46,281 bases of DNA, from NCBI RefSeq assembly GCF_001194135.2, contig NC_069001.1, positions 14,120,141 to 14,166,421 of the forward strand, given 5' to 3'. Below, piece after piece: positions 36,936-46,281 of the stretch; positions within the stretch are counted from its first letter, which is position 1; each line of letters begins with the position of its first letter. The translations under genes and the position numbers were made by a program. Source of the stretch: Octopus bimaculoides. Its lineage: Eukaryota. The notes under the pieces were generated by a model. It made no database searches. It saw nothing but the letters and a program-made list of their open reading frames with translations, and had not been told where the DNA came from.

Positions 36936-37109
36936 ATGGAAAATATTCGGGTCGATGTAAACGAAAATAATATTTTAAAAAAATAAACAAAAGGAAAGTA
37001 GGAATCTCAGCCTGGCCAGAATCAAAAGACAGACACCGACGAAGAAAATAAAAAAAACAAAAATAATGATAATGATAATAAAAGAAAAAAGAGAGTAGGA
37101 CGGGAACTG

Positions 37110-37460
37110 CAGCATATGGTTGGAATTACATCGCATCAAAACCCTTGGCTTTCTAGATAGGGCTGTCAATATCAATAACCTTTATCTAGAACATCGGAGG
37201 CCGTTATATCATAATCAGAGAAACGATAGTGCACAAGACTTGTACAGTATGCGCACCTTCCCAGCCGTCTGATCGACGTGGTGGCCAGTGTTCCGACGGA
37301 TTGCTTACTCATATCCTTCCCCTACAGAACACACGAACAGAATGGAGAACATTCTCCCAACGAACATCTGCGGTAGGGTTTCCGCATGTCTTTACTTTCA
37401 GCGTACCCGTTTGTCACGTCCAGCCGTACCCTTTATAAAGTATAGTGTAAATACGGTTAG
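37110..37460 (+). mobile_element. Possible very old CR1/L2-group LINE 3' fragment
   Basis: Weak similarity to the YxxSFFPxT..WN.LP C-terminal motif (YSYPSPT...NILPTNI). Frameshifted. Confidence 0.3.
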
Positions 37461-37512
37461 GATGTCATAAAAAAACAAGACATAGTGGGTGCCATTTTAT
37501 AGTATCATAGAC

Positions 37513-37700
37513 ATGGCTGCTGGCTACGTGGTTAAGAATTTCACTTCATAACCACGTTTCGGGTTCGGTCCCACTGTGCAGCACCTTTGACAAGTGTCTT
37601 CTACTACAAACCCGTACAGAATAATACTTTGTGAGTGAATTTAGACGACGGAAACTGGGTGTATGCATACGTATATCATATCACACACACACACACGCAC
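37513..37700 (+). mobile_element. Short SINE-A variant (twin of 33640-33780)
   Basis: tRNA-like head ggctacgtggttaagaa..gggttcggtccc, then the same diagnostic body and the same truncation point. Confidence 0.75.
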
Positions 37701-37705
37701 ACATC

Positions 37706-38520
37706 AGGTCATTAAGAATGAAATGTCTGATTTTGAACTGAAAGTTTATTTTACTTTATCTCAACAAAAAGCAATGCAGTTAATCAAGCATACACCTAAA
37801 TTATCAACACAAGTTTGCTATTTTATCGGTAGCTTATTTATGCCGGTAGCAACGAATTGTGGAGAGCAAGTGGTGATGACATCACGAAAGGCTGTTTTTG
37901 CATCTTCTTCAAATTTGAAGTTTTTTTCCTAGCAAAGAGTTGTCTAATGCCTGGGAAATGTGATAGTCAGTTGGTGCAAGGCCTGGTGAATATGGTGGGT
38001 GACTAAGTACTTCCAAGTTTAGTTCCTGTAACTTGAGTAGCGTTCTTTGTGCAACATGTAGTCGAGCATTGTCTTGCAATAAAATTGGCCTGTCTCTATT
38101 GACCACTCTCGGTTGTTTAATTGCAAGTTCACCCATCATTTCATCCAGCTGGTTGATGTATACATCCGTTGAAACTGACTTACTGGGTTTCATGAAGCTG
38201 TAGTGGATGACACTAGCGCTGGACTACCAAACAGACACCATTAGCCTTTTTGGTGAATATTCTTTGTTGGATTGTATTTTGGCACTTCGTCTCTGTCTAA
38301 CCACCGCACAGAGCTCTTGTTATAGTTCAAAAGAATCCATTTTTCATCACACGTAACAATACGATACAAAAATAGTTCGCTTTTATGCCGTGACAGCAAA
38401 GAACAGCAGGCTTCAAGACGATGTGCCATTTGATGCTCGTTCAGTTCGTGTGCTACCCACTTGTCCAGCTTCTTTACCTTGCCGGTGGCGGTTTGAATAC
38501 GTCTTCGGGCAAACGAGACC
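37706..38520 (-). mobile_element. Degenerate DD34D mariner transposon (5' part missing)
   Basis: KWVAHELNE...RIVTCDEKWIL and ILLQDNARLHVA...LSHPPYSPGLAPTDYH, with 34 residues between the second and third D. WVPHEL-like and YSPDLAP-like motifs are present. Confidence 0.9.
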
Positions 38521-38645
38521 GTTAAAATAAGTAAGGACTGGGGGGGGGNNNNNNNNNNGTAAGGACTGGGGGGGGTCGATTTGCCCAACTAAACCATTAA
38601 AGGCAGTACCCCAGGATAGCCGCAGTCAATGACACAAACAAGAAA
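38519..38645 (+). mobile_element. SINE-A 3' fragment spanning a 10-N gap
   Basis: ggggtcgatttgccc.actaaa...ggcagtacccca...gccgcagtcaatgac. Confidence 0.6.
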
Positions 38646-38699
38646 TATACATACATACATGCGTGCGTGCGTGCGTGCGTAAACTGCTCACTAATACCC

Positions 38700-39150
38700 G
38701 CTGGTTCTATGAGTTAATTTAGCCGCTATAGTTGGCGTGGTTTCTTATTCTTTTATGGAAAAAAAGTTACTCCAGACAAGCGCTTCTCCTCCTGTAATTA
38801 TCTGGATTTCATATCCGCGATGCTGTCATACCCTGATAGTCTGGTCTCGCAACAAAGCTCTGCTATATCGATGCTCTGCATATTTTCAATTGCAATACCA
38901 CGAGTTGGGTACATCTCTCAGATCGATCAGTCTCTTCTCCGACTAAAAATAGGTCCTTCATCAGTCAAGGTTGATCTTATATTTACATAAACTATATGCA
39001 CATCCGAGTAAGATTTAAAACAATTTCTCCAAGTAAGACTGGCAATTAACCACCAAGATAAATGTCTCCTCCCTACGCCATTGATGTTTATCGAAGGGAA
39101 AGGCTGCCGACCTGGACTCATACAACTTGGGCCCAGTATGGTCGTAGGTA
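38700..39150 (-). mobile_element. Possible highly decayed APE-endonuclease region of the Tx1-like LINE
   Basis: Minus strand VQVGSLSLR resembles the IRVGSLNVR start of Tx1 APE domains, with only weak downstream similarity. Same strand as, and upstream of, the RT fragment. Confidence 0.3.
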
Positions 39151-39242
39151 TTGCAATTAGAACGTCAAGAACCCAGACAAAAACCGAAAGACATTTTGCC
39201 TGAAAGTAACAGTTGTGCCAGCGCAATGCTCTGGGCTGATAC

Positions 39243-39380
39243 TTTTTTATCGATCCTGGAAGGATGAAAGGCAGAGTTGACCTAGGCTAGATTTGAACTC
39301 AGAATCGGGCTTTTCAGTTCTGCTAAAGACGTTACACTATTTCGCACAGATTTAGCAACGAGAAGTGGCTCTTGCAGCAG
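39243..39380 (-). mobile_element. Degenerate SINE-C 5' part in minus orientation
   Basis: ttttatcgatcc..gaaggatgaaaggcagagttgacct...atttgaactcagaa is the reverse complement of the SINE-C core. Confidence 0.7.
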
Positions 39381-39583
39381 GTTCTCAAAGATATTACGAG
39401 ACATGCTAGAATATGCCTGTATTCCATCGTAGAAACTTTCGTTGAGTGTTTGTATTTTTCGACAATGGCCAACCATCGTATGCACCATATAACAGAGATG
39501 ATAAAAGTCAAGCGATGTCAGTGACTGAAGCTTTTTGAAGCCTTGCGCAGACCAAATCCAACTCTCTTAACTACGTAAACATT

Positions 39584-39774
39584 TACTCTTTACTCTCTTT
39601 TACCTGTTTCAGTCATTTGACTGTGGCCATGCTGGAGCACCGCCTTCAGTCGAGCAAATCGACCCCAGGACTTATTCTTTGTAAGCCTAGTACTAATTCT
39701 AGCAGTTTCTTTTGCCGAACCGCTAAGTTACGGGGACGTAAACACACCAAGTGATGTTGGGGGGACAAACACTG

Positions 39775-39809
<35 letters not shown>

Positions 39810-39973
39810 CGACGGGCTTCTTTCAGTTTCTGTCAACCAAATCCACTCACAAGGCTTTGGTCGGCCCGAGGCTATAGTAGAAGACACTTGCCCAAGGTGC
39901 CACGCAGTGGGACTGAACCCGGAGCCATGTGGTTCGTTAGCAAGCTACTTACCACACAGCCACTCCTACGCCC
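39584..39973 (-). mobile_element. Full-length SINE-A
   Basis: Reverse complement of the 5726-6135 unit. Confidence 0.92.
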
Positions 39974-40386
39974 ATATATTTGCCCTCAAACAAGAACTAA
40001 TCTATATCATTAGATGAGAATTAAGTCGTAGGTGTTACGTCAGAGTTTTCCTTCTGCCAGAGGAAGATTTAAAAAAGTAGGAGTTTCTCTCTCACTTCTG
40101 CATTCCTGTACTTAACGCCAGAGTTTAGAAATTTGCTTTCGTCTGAGTACTAGTTACTGTGTACCTATTATCTGTATGACCTTTGACACCTTCTTACATA
40201 CACACATACACACCGAGCGCCTACCGCCCACATGCGTGTGTGTGTTTTTGTGTTTAGCATATGGAAATGTTTGTGCAAAAAAGATCTGATATTGAACTGA
40301 ATAGAAAATGGTCTAACAAATAAACATGGCTGTAATATCATAGGAAAACAAAAACTAATACTCAGACACCCCACACTCTCTCTCTC

Positions 40387-40422
<36 letters not shown>

Positions 40423-41257
40423 TACATGCATACATGCATACACATATGTATACACGCGAGCGCATGAGGTGGTATCAATAATGTTCCCGGACAAGCAATG
40501 TTTAATAAAAAAGAACTTATTCACCTAAGTTTTCACATCTCCTTCGAAATANNNNNNNNNNNNNNNNNNNNNNNNNNNNNNNNNNNNNNNNNNNNNNNNN
40601 NNNNNNNNNNNNNNNNNNNNNNNNNNNNNNNNNNNNNNNNNNNNNNNNNNNNNNNNNNNNNNNNNNNNNNNNNNNNNNNNNNNNNNNNNNNNNNNNNNNN
40701 NNNNNNNNNNNNNNNNNNNNNNNNNNNNNNNNNNNNNNNNNNNNNNNNNNNNNNNNNNNNNNNNNNNNNNNNNNNNNNNNNNNNNNNNNNNNNNNNNNNN
40801 NNNNNNNNNNNNNNNNNNNNNNNNNNNNNNNNNNNNNNNNNNNNNNNNNNNNNNNNNNNNNNNNNNNNNNNNNNNNNNNNNNNNNNNNNNNNNNNNNNNN
40901 NNNNNNNNNNNNNNNNNNNNNNNNNNNNNNNNNNNNNNNNNNNNNNNNNNNNNNNNNNNNNNNNNNNNNNNNNNNNNNNNNNNNNNNNNNNNNNNNNNNN
41001 NNNNNNNNNNNNNNNNNNNNNNNNNNNNNNNNNNNNNNNNNNNNNNNNNNNNNNNNNNNNNNNNNNNNNNNNNNNNNNNNNNNNNNNNNNNNNNNNNNNN
41101 NNNNNNNNNNNNNNNNNNNNNNNNNNNNNNNNNNNNNNNNNNNNNNNNNNNNNNNNNNNNNNNNNNNNNNNNNNNNNNNNNNNNNNNNNNNNNNNNNNNN
41201 NNNNNNNNNNNNNNNNNNNNNNNNNNNNNNNNNNNNNNNNNNNNNNNNNNNNNNNNN

Positions 41258-41286
<29 letters not shown>

Positions 41287-41288
<2 letters not shown>

Positions 41289-41460
41289 GAGAATGTACGA
41301 AAAAAAACAACAGACGAGGACAGGTGGTGTAAACAACAAAAGGAGGTATTAGTATGACGCTCGGGAATACGGAAAGTCTTTGACATTTCGAGCTACGCTC
41401 TTCAACAGAAAGAATACGGAGACAAGGAGAAAAACACGGAGGAAAAAAATTGAAATATAG
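41287..41460 (-). mobile_element. Penelope-like terminal-repeat remnant inside the mariner
   Basis: Homologous to 29581-29711 and ends at the same point. Confidence 0.6.
41377..41413 (-). ncRNA. Minimal type-I hammerhead-ribozyme-like motif (core CUGUUGA)
   Basis: Minus strand TCTTT CTGTTGA A GAG-cgtag-CTC GAAA TG TC AAAGA: stem I 5 bp, stem II 3 bp, GUC triplet. The ACGT palindrome has decayed to ATGT. Confidence 0.5.
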
Positions 41461-43109
41461 CATGCTCTCAATTGAGCTGCGGTTCTGTGGTGCGCCCGTG
41501 CCCCTCGAAACATTGTGTACGACCTGTTGCATCATCACCATATGCATGCCGAAGCATGATCAATGAATCTGTCGCAGACTTTCCAAGTTTAGCGTAAAAT
41601 TTCAAGTTGGCTCTTTGTTCCAACTTTCTATCCATCACAAAAATCGCAGACTACAGCATACACGTGATCATAAAAACACAAATCTCACAACTTGCAACGT
41701 AAACACAGCGATGTCACACGGCACACTGCCTCATGAAGGTCACTGCTTGCTCTCATTGCGCACACAGCCGTGTGCTGCCATCTGTTGGCGCGCAACAGAA
41801 CGGGTCCGGGAACTTTTTGACACCACCTCGTACACATACATACACACATACATATTAGCCTTTTATCTCTAAGTATAATCACATTCTACTCTTTAATGAA
41901 GTAAAACAGTCAAGTTGTCAGCGTCGTATGTAGGATGTCTAAGTCTACCTTAATCTATTTTTATATCGTTCACTGCACCGTTGGTTTCAGTTTCGCAATG
42001 AACCAGCCAGTGATTCACATACATTCCTGATGGCACAGAGAGACATGGGAGTGTCTATATGAATCGGGTGGAATAAATAATCACACTGCTGGTCATGATT
42101 GGAGCGTCTCTGATCATTGATCTACTGAAGCAGAATGTCGAGGAGGCAACCCAGCCCCAAAACAAAAACAAAACAAAAGTATTTTCAAGGACGCAAGTTA
42201 ACGGCGGAGTTTTTGTACAATCATTTGATTTGCTGGAAATAACAGCCAAATATCCCTGAAATCCTACTCTACTCTTTAAAGGAAAAATCGATCACATTAA
42301 ACGATGTAGTTTAATAAGATACAAAAAGGCCTAAGAGGACGGATACGGTTGGAATGGAGCTGACTGATTTTGGACATAACAACAATGACATTCACAATGG
42401 TAGGGCACTTCATAGAAATATTTACCTATAGCTCTGTAGATCGGTATACAGAAAGTTTAGTGACATGACACTTGACCAAGCAGCCCCATTTACAAAGTTT
42501 GAACCAGAGAGAGGCGTCTCACCGCTACTGCCGAAAGCTCAGCAACAGCAATGTACATCAATCATGGCAGAAGCACAAACACCAAAAGCAACAATGCGAC
42601 AAGGAAAAACGACACACAACAGAACCGAGACCCGTCACCTAGGAAAAACTCCAACCTAACTCCTTTTCTAAAACACAAGCATACACATGGACACTGATGG
42701 AGATATACCTCAACCCTCTCCCGCAAGGATTAATTTCCTTTGTGAAAATATAATCCTGAGCGGAGTAACAAAAAAAAATAAATTAAGCTGTTACACATGC
42801 CCTGAACAAAGCTAACCACCACCACCTACTCTAAGCTGGTACCTGTAGGCTAAAGATTACAGAAGAGAGAGGAACACTTGCCATGGTACTTCTGGTGAGG
42901 AGGGTTTCTTGGTTGCCCCTGGGTGGAGTTTTTAGAATTTTTCGTTAACTCTTATTATTTTCTTTTCTTGTTTCCCCGCTTTTATGTAAATCCTTACCGT
43001 AGTTTGTCTTTGTATTGACTTAAATGCTTTTGCGATCCTAGTGGCAAATAGAGAAAGAATTATCTCTAAGAGGGTGAGCTAGCAGAATTATCAGCGCGTT
43101 GGATAAAAT

Positions 43110-43423
43110 GTCACCTACCGTTCTGGCAGGCACACAAGCCAAATTGATTACATCCTCGCCAGGAAAAGGAAAAGATGGCTGCTCAGAAATGCCAAAACAT
43201 TCCCAGGCGAAGAATGTACCCCACAACATAGACTAGTAGTTAGTGACTTTAAGATCAGAGCTAAGTGGCTGCCCAGAAGACGACCAGCTTGGAGGAGAAG
43301 GGTATGGAAGCTCAAAGATCCTGCGAATGGACAGAGATTTAGAGACTTATTACTCGAAGCCTTCGACGAAATAGAGGGGGATGTAGCTTCACACAATGTA
43401 GAGGACAACTGGACGTTTCTACG
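43110..43423 (+). mobile_element. RTE-clade LINE fragment (C-terminal end of the APE domain and linker), open frame running into a gap
   Basis: 104 stop-free codons: VTYRSGRHTSQIDYILARKRKRWLLRNAKTFPGEECTPQHRLVVSDFKIRAK...WRRRVWKLKD...VEDNWTFL. Contains the SQIDYIL and QHRLVV motifs of RTE endonucleases. Confidence 0.9.
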
Positions 43424-44000
43424 NNNNNNNNNNNNNNNNNNNNNNNNNNNNNNNNNNNNNNNNNNNNNNNNNNNNNNNNNNNNNNNNNNNNNNNNNNNNN
43501 NNNNNNNNNNNNNNNNNNNNNNNNNNNNNNNNNNNNNNNNNNNNNNNNNNNNNNNNNNNNNNNNNNNNNNNNNNNNNNNNNNNNNNNNNNNNNNNNNNNN
43601 NNNNNNNNNNNNNNNNNNNNNNNNNNNNNNNNNNNNNNNNNNNNNNNNNNNNNNNNNNNNNNNNNNNNNNNNNNNNNNNNNNNNNNNNNNNNNNNNNNNN
43701 NNNNNNNNNNNNNNNNNNNNNNNNNNNNNNNNNNNNNNNNNNNNNNNNNNNNNNNNNNNNNNNNNNNNNNNNNNNNNNNNNNNNNNNNNNNNNNNNNNNN
43801 NNNNNNNNNNNNNNNNNNNNNNNNNNNNNNNNNNNNNNNNNNNNNNNNNNNNNNNNNNNNNNNNNNNNNNNNNNNNNNNNNNNNNNNNNNNNNNNNNNNN
43901 NNNNNNNNNNNNNNNNNNNNNNNNNNNNNNNNNNNNNNNNNNNNNNNNNNNNNNNNNNNNNNNNNNNNNNNNNNNNNNNNNNNNNNNNNNNNNNNNNNNN

Positions 44001-44755
44001 GGGCGAAATGGTTAGAGTTATTTCGTCTGTCCTTACGTTCTGAGTTCAAATTCCGTCGAAGTCGACTTTGCCTTTCATCCTTTCGGGGTCGATAAATTAA
44101 GTACCAGTTGAGTACTGCGTCGATTTAATCGACTTGCCCCTCCCCCAAAATTTCAGGCCTTGTGCCCAGAGTAGAAAAGGATTATTATTATTATTCGTCC
44201 GTCTTCACGTTCTAAGTTTAAATTCCACCGAGGTCGACAGTGATTTCATCCTTTCGATAAAATAAAGTACCAGTTGAACACTGGGTCGATGTAATCGACT
44301 CATCTCCTCCCCCAAAATCGCTGCTCTTGTAGCAAAATTTAAAGCCGTTATTATTGTTTCTGTTATTATTATTATTATTATTATTATATTATTATTATTC
44401 GTCCGTCTTCACGTTCTAAGTTCAAATTCCGCCGAGGTCGACTTTGCCTTTTATCCTTTTGGGATCGATAAATTGAGTACCGGTGAAACACTGGGATCGA
44501 TGTAATCGACTAAGTCCCCTGCCCCAGAATTTCAAGTGAGCTGGCAGAAACATTAACGCGACATGCGAAATGCTTAGCGGTATTTCGTCTGCCTTTACGT
44601 TCTGAGTTCAAATTCCGCCGAGGTCGACTTTGCTTTTCATCCTTTCAGGGTCAATAAAATAAGTACCAGTTGAACACTGAGGTTGATGTAATCTACTATA
44701 TCCCTCCTCCAAATTTCAGGCCTTGTGCCTATAATAGAAAGAGTTATTATTATTA
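44001..44755 (+). mobile_element. Head-to-tail array of 4 well-preserved SINE-C units
   Basis: Units at about 44001-44193, 44194-44399, 44400-44535 and 44536-44755. Confidence 0.92.
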
Positions 44756-44757
44756 CC

Positions 44758-45296
44758 GAGTGAGAGAGCAGCTCATGCCATCAAAGTGACCTTGGGGCAC
44801 AAATATACGAAACCTAATATACCCATCAAGACTATCAGTCTGATAAAGGTACAACAGGCACATGCATCGCAATCACATGTGCGCAACACGGTGATCTTAT
44901 ATTAAGATAAACTGCACATAACCTTGGAGCTATGGCCTAGTTAGAATTTTCTTCGTGTCGACTGACCCATCTCGCTCAAAAGGCCCCTAAAGGGTTGTTT
45001 AAGGATGAACAAGACACCCATGTTTCCAGGGGTGAATTATTTGAACCCCAAAGACTCCTCCTCAACACATGGCTATGATGCTCTCCCAAGACTTCTCGTG
45101 ATCAGAGATGCACATATCGTCAGCCACTAAGGGACATGCCCAACTGATTAAGGTCAAGCCACTGATGAGCAAATCTGTGGTACTGAGTAGAATATTTGCT
45201 GTAGCCCATCTTTTGAACCAAGACAAAACATGTACATGATAACACTTCCAATCATTTAAGATCAGAAGCCATGGGAACCACTGCTTAGTCCTGCAT
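44758..45296. repeat. Unclassified dispersed repeat E, copy 2
   Basis: Colinear with 32227-32686. Flanked on both sides by TTA tracts and SINE-C units. Confidence 0.88.
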
Positions 45297-45334
45297 GTGG
45301 GCTGCTGCTACTATTATTATTATTATTATTATTC

Positions 45335-45551
45335 TGGCGGCGAGCTGGCAGAATCGTCAGCACGCTGGGTAAAATTCTTAGCGGCATTTCGTCCAGATTC
45401 AAATTCTGCCGAGGTTGACTTTGCTTTTCATCATTTCGGGGCCGATAAATTAAGTACCAGTGAAACACTGGGGTCGATGTAATCGACTAAGTCCCCTCCC
45501 CCAAAATTTCAAGCCTTGTGCCTTAAAGTAGAATGATTTATTATTATTATT
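45335..45551 (+). mobile_element. Single SINE-C unit
   Basis: ggcggcgagctggcagaatcg...aaatttcaagccttgtgcc...(TTA)n. Confidence 0.88.
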
Positions 45552-45968
45552 GGGAGTTACAGTGGTAAGAACGGTAGAGATCTGTAGCATTTAGCCACAT
45601 CCTCCACCGGTTCCTCTAATGGGCTTAAATCCAGTCTCGAATCCATCTCGTCTTTTTATCCCTCTTGCGGGGATGATAAAAGAAGAGCCCTTAATATATT
45701 GCTTCTTTCATTTAATCAACTGCATGTCTCCCCTAAACATTTGCGCAACCCTTGTCACTAATACAGAACCGTCTCTAATTCGTTTGCTTTCTTATGCTGA
45801 ATTAAGAGATCAATATTAACGTTGTAATTGTGACAGTGAAAACCCATTATTCAAATTAATCCTGTCCTCACTTCATCTTCCATCAACTCTGTTCGTTTAA
45901 TAACAATCCTCTCTAATTGTACTTCGGAGCAACTTGAGGGCTATCAAAATACAATCTTTATTGATTTG

Positions 45969-46241
45969 AGGTATGCCTGTGTGGTTAAGAAGCTTGCACT
46001 GCAACCACATTGTTTGCAGGTTCAATCCCACTGCGCGGAACCCAATCTTCTATTATAGATACAGAGCGATTAATGCCTTGTATGTGAATTTAGTTGATGG
46101 AAACTGCGTGAAAGCCGGTCCTATATATGTATGTCGGTGTTTGACTGTCTGTTTTTGTCACCTACTGCCCACCGGTGTTGGTTTGTTTGCGATCTCGTAA
46201 CCTAGTGGTTTAGCAAAAGAGACTGATAGAATAAGCACCAG
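45969..46241 (+). mobile_element. Old SINE-A copy
   Basis: gcctgtgtggttaagaagcttgc..caaccaca...ggttcaatcccactgcg...gatggaaactg...accggtgttgg...aaagagactgatagaataag. Confidence 0.75.

Positions 46242-46281
<40 letters not shown>

Larger units (their letters stand above)
40464..41830 (-). mobile_element. Mariner transposon with both TIRs, interrupted by a gap and a Penelope-like remnant
   Basis: Left TIR tgaggtggtatcaataatgttcccggac (40465-40492). Right TIR reverse complement cgaggtggtgtcaaaaagttcccggac (41804-41830), followed by TA. N-terminus MDRKLEQRANLKFYAKLGKSAT.. starts at 41635, and the C-terminal YFEGD lies just before the gap at 40551. Confidence 0.88.
4148..44000. other. 14 assembly gaps (N runs) scattered across this interval
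   Basis: 4148-4479, 7681-8302, 8857-9153, 10499-11400, 12443-12542, 15783-16054, 17749-18080, 20422-20645, 26277-26440, 27897-28804, 31883-32226, 38549-38558, 40552-41257, 43424-44000. Most abut (TA)n tracts or young repeats. Confidence 0.98.

Noticed and set aside
38531-38575. Direct repeat gtaaggactgggggg on both sides of the 10-N gap
   Set aside because: Typical unmerged contig overlap at a G homopolymer, so an assembly artefact.
42860-43056. Possible decayed Tx1-like LINE 3' UTR
   Set aside because: Only a vague resemblance from memory, with no second copy or motif in the window.

Overview
Repeat-rich, AT-rich eukaryotic draft scaffold with 14 N-gaps. The SINE landscape looks like octopus/cephalopod DNA (recognised from memory, not from a database search). 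The only host gene I can support is the last two coding exons of a CTD small phosphatase (CTDSP/SCP family, FCP1-type HAD phosphatase) on the + strand at 12730-12816 and 13844-13984. Both have canonical splice sites, and neither appears in the ATG-based ORF track. The rest is intron, UTR or intergenic DNA. It holds at least five tRNA-derived or tailed SINE-like families (labelled A, B, C, D, F here), two unclassified dispersed repeats (E, G), degenerate DD37D (maT) and DD34D mariner transposons, RTE, Tx1-like and possible CR1-group LINE fragments, and many microsatellites. The most interesting signals are: (1) two Penelope-like terminal-repeat remnants that each fold into a minimal type-I hammerhead ribozyme architecture with a variant core; (2) strongly + strand biased head-to-tail arrays of SINE-C, with one unit-to-unit junction shared by two arrays 5.5 kb apart; (3) a closely spaced, highly similar inverted SINE pair upstream of the CTDSP exons; (4) multi-layer nested insertions. 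Nearly all listed ORFs are microsatellite, gap or transposon artefacts. Repeat boundaries were placed by eye and are approximate.
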